Below are positions 32,662 to 40,620 of a stretch of DNA of 64,000 bases, one piece after another. A program made the translations under genes and the position numbers. The notes under the pieces are model-generated. The model was given only the letters and a program-made list of their open reading frames with translations, had not been told where the DNA came from and did not search any database. The DNA comes from an uncultured Alphaproteobacteria bacterium (lineage in GTDB: Bacteria; Electryoneota; RPQS01), in assembly GCA_964370805.1 (NCBI GenBank), contig CAYJKM010000001.1, positions 9,220 to 73,219 of the forward strand. The letters run 5' to 3'. Position 1 is the stretch's first letter. Each line of letters begins with the position of its first letter.

Positions 32662-33666
32662 ATGCTGAAGCAACTCGTACTGATCCTCTTCAGTACCGCA
32701 CATTTCAGTCTGGCGCTCGTGACCGAGAATGAGCCGAACGACACGTTCGCGCAGGCCAATCCCGTGCAGTGCGGCGACACCGTTTTCTGCGCGCGCCTCG
32801 CCACTGTGACGGACGCCGACAACTTCCGCTTTTCCGCGATCGCGGGCGACTCACTCTATCTCACCACTTTTGCCTGCAGCGGCCTCACGAATACCTTCTT
32901 AGTACTCTACGATCAGCATGACTCCGTACTCGCCGTGAATGACAACGACGGCCCCAACGATTTTTCATCCATCCGCTGGGCCGTTACCGAGACCGCCGAG
33001 TACATCGCGCGAGTCATCTGCGGCGGCGCCGCGCCGGATTCCACTTACTCCCTCCACATCAACTGCCCGCATCCTGCCCCCGAGGATTACGACCTCTGCG
33101 AGACCGCGCGCACGATTCCTGCTCTACCTTATTACGATGAAGGCTCCACCAGCGGCGCGACGAATCAATTCGGCACGCTTGCGCCGGACGTGTTCTATCG
33201 CTTTGATAATCCCATTACCCGCAGCCTGCACGTCATTGTCTGTTCGGATCTCTTTGATGCCCGCGTACAGATGCTCGGCTACTGCATCGGTGGCGAAGGC
33301 GATGACGAATCGCAAGGCTGCAATCTCGGCGCTGATCTCTTCACGTTCAATCTCCCGCCCGGCCCGCACACGATTATGGTGGAAGGCACCGCCGCCAATC
33401 AGATCGGCGATTTCTCGCTCGAGATCACCGCTCAGCCCACCGAATGCCCCACGCCATTCCCCGTCGTGATTGCGCGCGTCGGCGGTTATCCGTTTCTGGA
33501 TTGGCCGCAGCTCGAAGGCCCCTCGTACTACATCGTCTGGCAATCGAGCACGATGAACAGCGAGTACGAACATCTCGGCACGACCGTCTTCACCTACTTC
33601 ACCGATTCCACCGGCTTCGTCACCCCCCGCCGCTTTTATTACGTCACCGCCGTCTGCCCGTGGTGA
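32662..33666 (+). CDS. secreted protein with pre-peptidase C-terminal (PPC)-like domain
   Basis: Signal peptide MLKQLVLILFSTAHFSLA. ENEPNDTFAQANPV...DADNFRFSAIAGDSLYL...YIARV is the collagenase-type PPC pattern. A possible promoter is TTGCCT, 17 nt spacer, TATATT at 32627-32655. Confidence 0.7.
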   Translation: MLKQLVLILFSTAHFSLALVTENEPNDTFAQANPVQCGDTVFCARLATVTDADNFRFSAIAGDSLYLTTFACSGLTNTFLVLYDQHDSVLAVNDNDGPNDFSSIRWAVTETAEYIARVICGGAAPDSTYSLHINCPHPAPEDYDLCETARTIPALPYYDEGSTSGATNQFGTLAPDVFYRFDNPITRSLHVIVCSDLFDARVQMLGYCIGGEGDDESQGCNLGADLFTFNLPPGPHTIMVEGTAANQIGDFSLEITAQPTECPTPFPVVIARVGGYPFLDWPQLEGPSYYIVWQSSTMNSEYEHLGTTVFTYFTDSTGFVTPRRFYYVTAVCPW

Positions 33667-33712
33667 TGAGATTATTTCCCTCCGTGCACTGGGGACTGAG
33701 AGGGCCGCTGTG

Positions 33713-33753
33713 CTCTGACTTGGATTTCGGATTTTGGATTTTCTTCCTTTTCC
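33713..33753 (+). repeat. heptamer-array element (HA family), copy c
   Basis: CTCTGACTTGGATTTCGGATTTTGGATTTTCTTCCTTTTCC. Confidence 0.75.
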
Positions 33754-33816
33754 TCAGTGGGGGGACTACAGGGGGGAATATGGAGAGACAATGGGAGAGT
33801 CGTCGCGCACAATCGG

Positions 33817-33859
33817 CTCTAACTTGAATTTCGGGTTTCGAATTTCGAATTTCCTTTCC
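33817..33859 (+). repeat. heptamer-array element (HA family), copy d
   Basis: CTCTAACTTGAATTTCGGGTTTCGAATTTCGAATTTCCTTTCC. Confidence 0.75.
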
Positions 33860-33926
33860 GGGAGGCCGCAAGCCATGAACATCACGCGCTGCCTTCGCTT
33901 TTTCTCGTCCCTTTTCTTTTTCGATC

Positions 33927-33970
33927 ATTCGGACAGACCTTGCCCTCGGGTGAGGTCTGCGTTGTTTTTG
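33927..33970 (+). promoter_or_regulatory. conserved leader hairpin E1 (terminator-shaped)
   Basis: ATTCGGACAGACCTTGCCCTCGGGTGAGGTCTGCGTTGTTTTTG. An 11-12-bp stem plus U-tract ending 11 nt before ATG 33982. Near-identical to E2 at 47477-47520 (minus strand). Confidence 0.5.
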
Positions 33971-33981
33971 ACAATCGCGAT

Positions 33982-36951
33982 ATGAAGGTCTTAAGTCGTA
34001 TAGTCTTTGCGCTTTCTTCCCTTCTGCTACAGATCTCGGCGAGCAGAGCTGACACGACGTTTGTCTCTGGATCAATAGCGGGCATGTGGACGATAGACGG
34101 CGCTCCCTATGTGATAAATGGCGCAGCCTGGATATCTATCACAGATACACTGGCGATTTTAGAAGGTGTGGAAGTTATTCTGCCTGACGAGAATTCTGTT
34201 CTACGCATTGAAGGAACTTGCTTGGCTTTGGGAACGGATTTGGATAGCGTTTCCCTGCACCTTGACCATCCACAAGCACAGATTCGGTCGGGTCTTACAA
34301 ATCCTGGAAGAAAGCTGTGGCTGAGTTATATCCATGTTGATGGGAACGGTGAATGGAATACCGATATTGATTCGGTATTGATTAGGCATTCATCATTCAC
34401 ATTAGCGATGCAAGACGTCATGATCTTTTCGGGCTCTTTTATTCGCGTGGATTCGTGTACTATCCGCGCAATTCTCTTGATCAACGCTGACATGAATATT
34501 CTCTCGACTAAGATCGAAAACTATCTAGGCATGATCAACACAAGAAGTATAGTAGACCGTCTATGGGCACAGTCCGGTACTGGTGATCCAGCGGTCATTG
34601 CGTTCAATCCCTTGGCTGGCGATTCACTCATTCTAATGCGCAGCAGGATAGATGAGTTACACTTGTCCTACCAAATGGCCCCGTACTCGGCGGCCTGGAT
34701 CTCGCAGTGTGATATCACACGATTTGAAGCAGGCGAAGGTCAAAGAACATTCGTTGATTCGAGCCGCATCGCAGAATTCGACATTGAGGAAATGGGTGGA
34801 TACGTCATTCGCTGCATTGTCGGCAGAATGTTCATCCACTATGGGGCCCCGGGACTAGAGCCTGAATTGGATTTGCAAAACAACACTTTTATTTGGTCAC
34901 TTTGTTGTCTTGATTACGGTCCGTCTGCGTTTCTTTGGTACTCGAATGGTCTTGGAACGCGTCGCCAAGTGACCCTTAGAAACAACATCTTCTTTTCACC
35001 CAGATCGGAAGTCACGGTACTTTGTGAGGAGAATGACATTTTGATCGAGCCCCCAAGCTACAATATTGCATATGGTATGAGTACCCCGTGGCTTGATCAT
35101 GATTTGGGTCCCGGCAATCTGACCGAAAATCCTCTATTCGACCCCAATTCAGAGGCATTTGTACTACAGTATCCGTCCATGGCTATTAATGGTGGTGATC
35201 CGTCACTGGAAGACCCCGACGGATCGCGCCGTGACATTGGTGCGGCGTGGTGGGATCTAAGATATGATCATCCTCCAATTATTTCTACACCGAATAGAAT
35301 AGATCTTCGGTGGGGTGACAATTTCGAGTTATGGGCCACGGCTACGGATGATGGTCCGGTGGATGTCTATTGTCCACTGTCGAGTACATTGCCTGCATGG
35401 CTTGGATACAGCCGTGCTTTAGATAGCGACACGGCACTCCTTTTTGCAGGCAGAGTTCCGTTTGGCGCCGAATCAGTTACCGTTCCACTCATTGCTCTCG
35501 ACAGTCAGGGTCAAGCGGATTCTGAGTTAGTTCAGATCAACGTTTTTCCAAGTTCGATCCTTCCTGATACGATTGCTGGGCGTCTTGTTCCTGATTTTTC
35601 CCCATACTTGGCCACACATGACGTCATAATTCTACCGCCAGATTCTTTAACAATGTTGCCAGGCGTAACCATATCTTTTGACTCCGTTGACTGCATGCCT
35701 ACGCTGCTCGTTTATGGAATATTGAACTCACTTGGGTCAGCGAGCGACAGCGTATTCTTGAAATCTGCCAACGGATCCTTATGGCGAGGAATTTACGCTG
35801 AAGGACTTGCGGCACAATTGGACATGCGCTATACAGGAATCTCAGGAGCGTTGTATGGTGCCTACCTTCAAGAATGTACTAGCGCAACATTTTCACACTC
35901 ACGTATGTCGGCTATCAGCGAAAATTCATTAGTCGCTCGTGACCTTGCTGATAGTCTGATCATTCATCTCTGTGAATTCGATCAAAGCATAGGTGTCGTG
36001 AACACGAGATGCCTTATCGACTCTTCATGGACGCTGCCGACAAGCAATAGTAAAATCTCGCTTAGTGACGCCGTAGGTCTTATCAGCGAATGTCGGATCT
36101 ACGGAGGTGTGACGGTACGCGGAATGTCAGACGTGATAATCCAGCGGTGCCTGTTTCGTCCATCAGGGGATGCCGCATCCGTTGCCGTGTTGCCGGAGGT
36201 GCCAGGTGAACTGTGTGCCGCTCGCATTTATAATAATACTTTCTACGGCAATGAGCAGCCGAGCCGCTTCATTTGTTTATGTGCAGGATCTGTCCTCAAT
36301 ACACTTTCGGCTGAAATAGTGAATAATATATTCCATGGCTCGAACTACGCGATTCAGGTTAGTCAAGTCAGTAATGCAAGCCCAGTTCAAATTAGCAATA
36401 ACTGTATTTGGCAGTGTGACCAGTTCCTTTCGGATACAACGGGTCGTTGGTCGCCGTTTGGAGTAATGTTTGAAACCAATCTGAACGGAGATAGTACTGA
36501 CGTTTACGCCAATCTGATCGCTGATCCCTTGCTTATCGGTGATTCGCTTATTCCGGATCTTGCATCCCCCTGTATTGATGCTGGTATTGATGTTGGCCTC
36601 AGTTTTTGGGGTGCGGCACCAGATATTGGTTATATTGAGCAATCTTTGACAGATCTAAAAGACCCCTCAGGTTATGCCACGAAGGATGAATCTGTTGACG
36701 TCAATCTTGGAGTTTATCCTAATCCTGCCAATAATGGCTTCCGCATCAGCTTTCATGGATTCTCTGGACCAACATATTTGACATTATTTAACGTACTCGG
36801 GCAAGAAATTCTCGTTCGCGAATTTCGTTCCACTCCGTCTCTTCGGCAAACGTTTCTACTTAACGGCAGTCACTTGCCTTCTGGTCGTTACATCATTCGC
36901 GTGAGCGACAAGACCCACAGCACCTTCAAACAGATTACGCTCTTGCAGTAA
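33982..36951 (+). CDS. large (989 aa) beta-helix-like secreted protein with T9SS CTD, in a low-GC segment
   Basis: ORF 33940..36951. ATG 33982 gives signal peptide MKVLSRIVFALSSLLLQISASRA. Repetitive N/S/I-rich strands such as NNTFYGN, NNIFHGSNYAIQV and NNCIWQ resemble a right-handed beta-helix. CTD is VYPNPANNGFRISFHG...SGRYIIRV...KQITLLQ. Confidence 0.8.
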   Translation: MKVLSRIVFALSSLLLQISASRADTTFVSGSIAGMWTIDGAPYVINGAAWISITDTLAILEGVEVILPDENSVLRIEGTCLALGTDLDSVSLHLDHPQAQIRSGLTNPGRKLWLSYIHVDGNGEWNTDIDSVLIRHSSFTLAMQDVMIFSGSFIRVDSCTIRAILLINADMNILSTKIENYLGMINTRSIVDRLWAQSGTGDPAVIAFNPLAGDSLILMRSRIDELHLSYQMAPYSAAWISQCDITRFEAGEGQRTFVDSSRIAEFDIEEMGGYVIRCIVGRMFIHYGAPGLEPELDLQNNTFIWSLCCLDYGPSAFLWYSNGLGTRRQVTLRNNIFFSPRSEVTVLCEENDILIEPPSYNIAYGMSTPWLDHDLGPGNLTENPLFDPNSEAFVLQYPSMAINGGDPSLEDPDGSRRDIGAAWWDLRYDHPPIISTPNRIDLRWGDNFELWATATDDGPVDVYCPLSSTLPAWLGYSRALDSDTALLFAGRVPFGAESVTVPLIALDSQGQADSELVQINVFPSSILPDTIAGRLVPDFSPYLATHDVIILPPDSLTMLPGVTISFDSVDCMPTLLVYGILNSLGSASDSVFLKSANGSLWRGIYAEGLAAQLDMRYTGISGALYGAYLQECTSATFSHSRMSAISENSLVARDLADSLIIHLCEFDQSIGVVNTRCLIDSSWTLPTSNSKISLSDAVGLISECRIYGGVTVRGMSDVIIQRCLFRPSGDAASVAVLPEVPGELCAARIYNNTFYGNEQPSRFICLCAGSVLNTLSAEIVNNIFHGSNYAIQVSQVSNASPVQISNNCIWQCDQFLSDTTGRWSPFGVMFETNLNGDSTDVYANLIADPLLIGDSLIPDLASPCIDAGIDVGLSFWGAAPDIGYIEQSLTDLKDPSGYATKDESVDVNLGVYPNPANNGFRISFHGFSGPTYLTLFNVLGQEILVREFRSTPSLRQTFLLNGSHLPSGRYIIRVSDKTHSTFKQITLLQ

Positions 36952-37177
36952 CCAAGGACACAACCTGGACTGCACCCCCTTTGGGGGACATGGGTCTCAA
37001 GTTCAGCAGGTCTTGAGAAGCTGTTGATTGTATGCCACTTCGAACTCGACGGGCGGCACGTGTCTGTCCGCCTTTGGCGAGATCTCGCTCTGAGGACACA
37101 TGCCCCGCACCGATACCCAATCAAAGCCCCCGGCCATTTCGACCGGGGACTTTCAATAGCTGACTTGAATTTCGAAT

Positions 37178-37218
37178 CTCCCTTTCTCCACTTCGTGGGG
37201 AAAGGGATGGGGATAGGG
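37178..37218 (-). repeat. REP-A hairpin element, copy 4 (fused to HA copy e at 37159-37178)
   Basis: CTCCCTTTCTCCACTTCGTGGGGAAAGGGATGGGGATAGGG, immediately after the stop of minus-strand CDS 37219..38631. Preceded by GCTGACTTGAATTTCGAATC. Confidence 0.85.
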
Positions 37219-38631
37219 TCACGGAAGACTCACTCCCACCACGCGATAGAACTGCCGCGCAGCAAACACTGCTCCGTTAGAGATCACCAGACTGGTGTCC
37301 GGCGTGACCCCGACCTGCGTCTGAAAGGAACCGTCCGCCAGCGTGTCGCTGTACACCTGATAAAGCAGGCTCTCGTCCCCGCGCCAGCGTAAGCGCACGT
37401 CACTCCCGCTCACGAAAATCGTTACGTTCTGCGGCGCCGTGAGCGGATGCAGTTCCGCCAGCCACATGTCGTCATAGCCGGCGCCAAACGACGCCGTCTG
37501 TCCCGCCAAGCGATAATCTCCGCTCGCCGTCCGCAGCGCTTCATAACAAATATCCGAGCCTGCGCCGCCCAGAGTGCGATTCCAGATTTCATTCCCCGCA
37601 TCGTCGGTATGCACGATCCAGAAGTCATCGCCGCCCGAGCCGCTGCTTGCCGTCTGCCCCGCGAGTGTGATGCTCCCGTCCGGTTCTTCATCCACCGACC
37701 ACGCGCGTTCCGCCTGCGTTCCGCCGAACGTGCGCGTCCACAGCGTGTCGCCATTCGAATTCACGCGCAAGAGCCACATGTCGTCGCCGCCCGCGCCGAA
37801 TGATGCCGTCGATCCCGCGCACACAAATCCGCCGTCACCCGTCTCGTCCATCGCAAAGCAATAGTCGGCTCCCGTTCCGCCGTACGTGCGCGTCCACTGC
37901 GTGAGTCCGTTGGCATTCAGCTTCACCAGCCACGCGTCGAAACTTCCCGCGCCGCTCGATGACGTGCGCCCGGCCGCAAGGTATCCGCCATCCGCCGTTT
38001 GCCGCACCGCGTAGAAGCGATCTTCCCCGTTCCCGCCAAGGCTGCGCGTCCATAACGTATCGCCGACCGCATTGGTGCGCGCCATCCAGCCGTTGCCCAT
38101 GCCCGTTTCCGAGGGATCCGTCCACCCCGCGAGAATGAATCCGTTATCCGTGGTCTGATCGAGCGCGATGCACCAATCGTATCCCGTGCCGCCGTAACGC
38201 CGGTTCCACTGTTCGTTGCCGGCGCCGTCAAGCACGATCAGCCACGCATCCGTGGGGCCTGATGCTCCCGCTTCCGTGTAACCGGCAATGGCGTATCCGC
38301 CGCCGGTGGTCGGCGTGATCGCGTAACAATAATCGTTCATCGTCGCGCTGCCGTACGTTCGCGTCCAGAGGCTCTGCCCGTTCGCATCCAGGCACACCAG
38401 CCAGAAATCGTAGTTCGTGCCCGCATCCGGCAATTGCCATCCCGCGAGGACCGTGCCCCCGGCTGCGCGCTCAGTCATTGCAAACGCGCATTCTACGCCG
38501 CCCGTCCCGAACGCGCGACTCCAGAGGCTGTCTGGCTGTGCGTAGAGCGCCGTCGCGATTCCCAGCCCGGCCGCCACCCACAGCCCCCGCATCAGTTTCA
38601 TCACATTCCACATCGTTTGAACGATCTCCAT
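37219..38631 (-). CDS. secreted repeat protein (about 8 beta-propeller-type repeats)
   Basis: Signal peptide ...GLWVAAGLGIATALYA. Repeat unit G.G.D.......T.DGGY..AG.T.S.GAG..D.WL..L...G...W.RT.GG. C-terminal FN3-like domain ends FYRVVGV. Start codon uncertain, with several in-frame ATGs. Confidence 0.75.
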   Translation of the reverse strand: MEIVQTMWNVMKLMRGLWVAAGLGIATALYAQPDSLWSRAFGTGGVECAFAMTERAAGGTVLAGWQLPDAGTNYDFWLVCLDANGQSLWTRTYGSATMNDYCYAITPTTGGGYAIAGYTEAGASGPTDAWLIVLDGAGNEQWNRRYGGTGYDWCIALDQTTDNGFILAGWTDPSETGMGNGWMARTNAVGDTLWTRSLGGNGEDRFYAVRQTADGGYLAAGRTSSSGAGSFDAWLVKLNANGLTQWTRTYGGTGADYCFAMDETGDGGFVCAGSTASFGAGGDDMWLLRVNSNGDTLWTRTFGGTQAERAWSVDEEPDGSITLAGQTASSGSGGDDFWIVHTDDAGNEIWNRTLGGAGSDICYEALRTASGDYRLAGQTASFGAGYDDMWLAELHPLTAPQNVTIFVSGSDVRLRWRGDESLLYQVYSDTLADGSFQTQVGVTPDTSLVISNGAVFAARQFYRVVGVSLP

Positions 38632-38677
38632 GCCGTCTCATCAACGGTGCGACAATTTTATCGCACTGCCATAGCAA

Positions 38678-38706
38678 AGTATAGGTCATTCGCACGAGGA
38701 ATGCAA
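38678..38706 (-). promoter_or_regulatory. candidate sigma70-type promoter for CDS 37219..38631
   Basis: Minus strand reads TTGCAT, 17 nt spacer, TATACT. Confidence 0.35.
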
Positions 38707-38717
38707 GTCTGTCAACG

Positions 38718-38750
38718 CAAAAAATCGCCCCCGATCCGGCGACCGAGGGC
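38718..38750 (-). terminator. intrinsic terminator of gdh
   Basis: Minus strand reads TCGCC-GGATCGGG-GGCGA followed by TTTTTTG. Confidence 0.5.
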
Positions 38751-38778
38751 AATCTGGATTCGCGATGTCCGATTCAGC

Positions 38779-40086
38779 TTACGGAAAGATTCCTCTTTCC
38801 TTGTACACTTTTTCCAGCCGCGAGAGCGCCACGATGTACGCCGCCGTGCGCCAATCGATCGTTTGCGAGCGCGCCTTGTCACGAACTTTCTCGTACGCAG
38901 TCACGATCTTCTTGTGCAGCTTCGCATCCACCTCGTCCAGCTCCCAGAATTCGCTGCGCTTGTTCTGCAGCCATTCGAAATAGCTCACGATCACGCCGCC
39001 CGAATTGCAGAGGATATCCGGCAGAATGTGGACCCCGCGCTGTTCGAGGATCGCATCCGCTTCCGGGTCGGTCGGCCCGTTCGCGCCTTCCGCGATCAAG
39101 CGCGTGTTCAGCCACTCCGCATTGTCGGCCGTGATCTGCCCTTCGACCGCACCGGGAACAAAAATATCCACTTTCGTTTTGAGAAACGTCTCGTGATCAA
39201 TCGCGTCCGCTTTCGGGTATCCGGCCACGCCGCCGTGAGCGTTGGCGTAGCGGTACAGGTCGTCCGGATCGATGCCGTCGCGATGCTGGATCGCGCCGGT
39301 CACGTCTTCGACGGCGACGAGTCGCGGTCCCATCGGCGCCAGCAAGCGCGACGTCCACGAACCGACGTTGCCGTAGCCCTGAACTGAGAAGGTGGCCGCG
39401 TACAAACTGAAGCGCTGGTCTTTCGCCCATTGTTCGATCAAGTAAACGATGCCCTGCCCGGTCGCTTTCGATCGTCCTTGGCTGCCGCCCGACTCGATCG
39501 GTTTGCCGGTGACGCAGTGGATGCAGCGCCCGCGTTCCTGCGGTGGCAGCGTTGACAGGTACGTGTCGAGGATCCAGGCCATAATCTGGCCGTTCGTGTT
39601 GACGTCGGGTCCGGGGATATCATATTCGGGACCGATCGTCGCGCCGAGCGCAAACGTAAACCTGCGCGTGATTCGTTCGACTTCGGTGGCGGAGTACTTG
39701 CGCGGATCCATGCGCACGCCGCCTTGCGCGCCGCCGAACGGCAGCCCGATCAGCGCGCTTTTCAATGTCATCGTGGCCGCGAGGGCACGGGCAAGATTGA
39801 TATCGAGTTCCGGATAGAATCGCAATCCGCCTTTGTACGGCCCTTGCACGTTATTGTGCTGCACGCGGTAGCCGGAGAAAATTTCGATCCCGCCGTCGTC
39901 CATCTTGACGGGAAAATTGACGGCGATTTCGTTGGTCGTAGCCGCGAGAATTTTGCGAATGTGCGGATCAAGTTCCATCAGATCCGCCGCGCGATCGAAG
40001 CGCCGCCGCATGTGCTCGTTGGCATTGCCCTGCGCCGCGACCGGCGACGCATTAAGCTGCGGAAATTTGGGAGTGGTGGTTTTCAT
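38779..40086 (-). CDS. gdh: glutamate dehydrogenase (Glu/Leu/Phe/Val dehydrogenase family)
   Basis: GYRVQHNNVQGPYKGGLRFYPELD and LPFGGAQGGVRMDP form the catalytic Lys region. NAD(P) domain GYGNVGSW. ORF 38779..40167 starts at TTG; ATG 40086 is taken. Confidence 0.85.
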   Translation of the reverse strand: MKTTTPKFPQLNASPVAAQGNANEHMRRRFDRAADLMELDPHIRKILAATTNEIAVNFPVKMDDGGIEIFSGYRVQHNNVQGPYKGGLRFYPELDINLARALAATMTLKSALIGLPFGGAQGGVRMDPRKYSATEVERITRRFTFALGATIGPEYDIPGPDVNTNGQIMAWILDTYLSTLPPQERGRCIHCVTGKPIESGGSQGRSKATGQGIVYLIEQWAKDQRFSLYAATFSVQGYGNVGSWTSRLLAPMGPRLVAVEDVTGAIQHRDGIDPDDLYRYANAHGGVAGYPKADAIDHETFLKTKVDIFVPGAVEGQITADNAEWLNTRLIAEGANGPTDPEADAILEQRGVHILPDILCNSGGVIVSYFEWLQNKRSEFWELDEVDAKLHKKIVTAYEKVRDKARSQTIDWRTAAYIVALSRLEKVYKERGIFP

Positions 40087-40138
40087 ATTAGAATGGCCAA
40101 TTGGAGAGCAGAGGGAGACATTTGTGAAACACTTCTCA

Positions 40139-40167
40139 AATATACCCAAGAATCGGGAAAACTTCAA
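40139..40167 (-). promoter_or_regulatory. candidate proximal promoter of gdh
   Basis: Minus strand reads TTGAAG, 17 nt spacer, TATATT. A second candidate is TTGACT, 17 nt spacer, TATATT at 40391-40419 (minus). Confidence 0.35.
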
Positions 40168-40620
40168 ACGTCAAGAGCTGAGCCTTATGTGTGGGTCAGT
40201 AGTGAACCGAGTTTTGCGGAACGAACCTGGTTAAGCCCAAGGAAATCTTGCGGATGAAAAGCGGTCGATTTGGTGAATGGCAGGTTTGTGAGGATCTGAC
40301 GGCGATTTCGGTGTTGTCCACGACATGCTTTGTATATATTTATAAACATTTGACTTTTAATTGGCACATTTTGAAAAACAATATAACGCCAATATATGTA
40401 ACTTTGTTCAAAAAGTCAAGTAGGGGCAGGAATGTTAAGAATTTATGAATTATGAAGTAATTATTTTAGGGCAACAAAAAAGAGACGGGGGGAGGCCTCG
40501 ACCAGATGCGGGTCTTGGTACGGCCGGTTTTATGCCAGCACGGCCTGGTACGCGTTGAAATTCAGTCAATCCTCGAGATCGTCTGTCAGCTGAAAGTCAA
40601 CCCGCCAAATCCGCTCAAAT

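Noticed and set aside
36952-37158. Possible small gene or RNA in the convergent spacer after the 989-aa gene. The spacer holds hairpins CCCCC-TTT-GGGGG, TCTCAAG...CTTGAGA and CCCCGG...CCGGGG.
   Set aside because: These are just a cluster of short GC hairpins between convergent genes, most simply read as bidirectional termination. There is no ORF with an SD and no recognisable RNA family.
40362-40378. Sigma-54 promoter suggested by TGGCAC.
   Set aside because: The -12 element is absent: the sequence continues ATTTTGAAAAAC instead of N5-TTGC(A/T). On the + strand there is also no downstream gene to drive.
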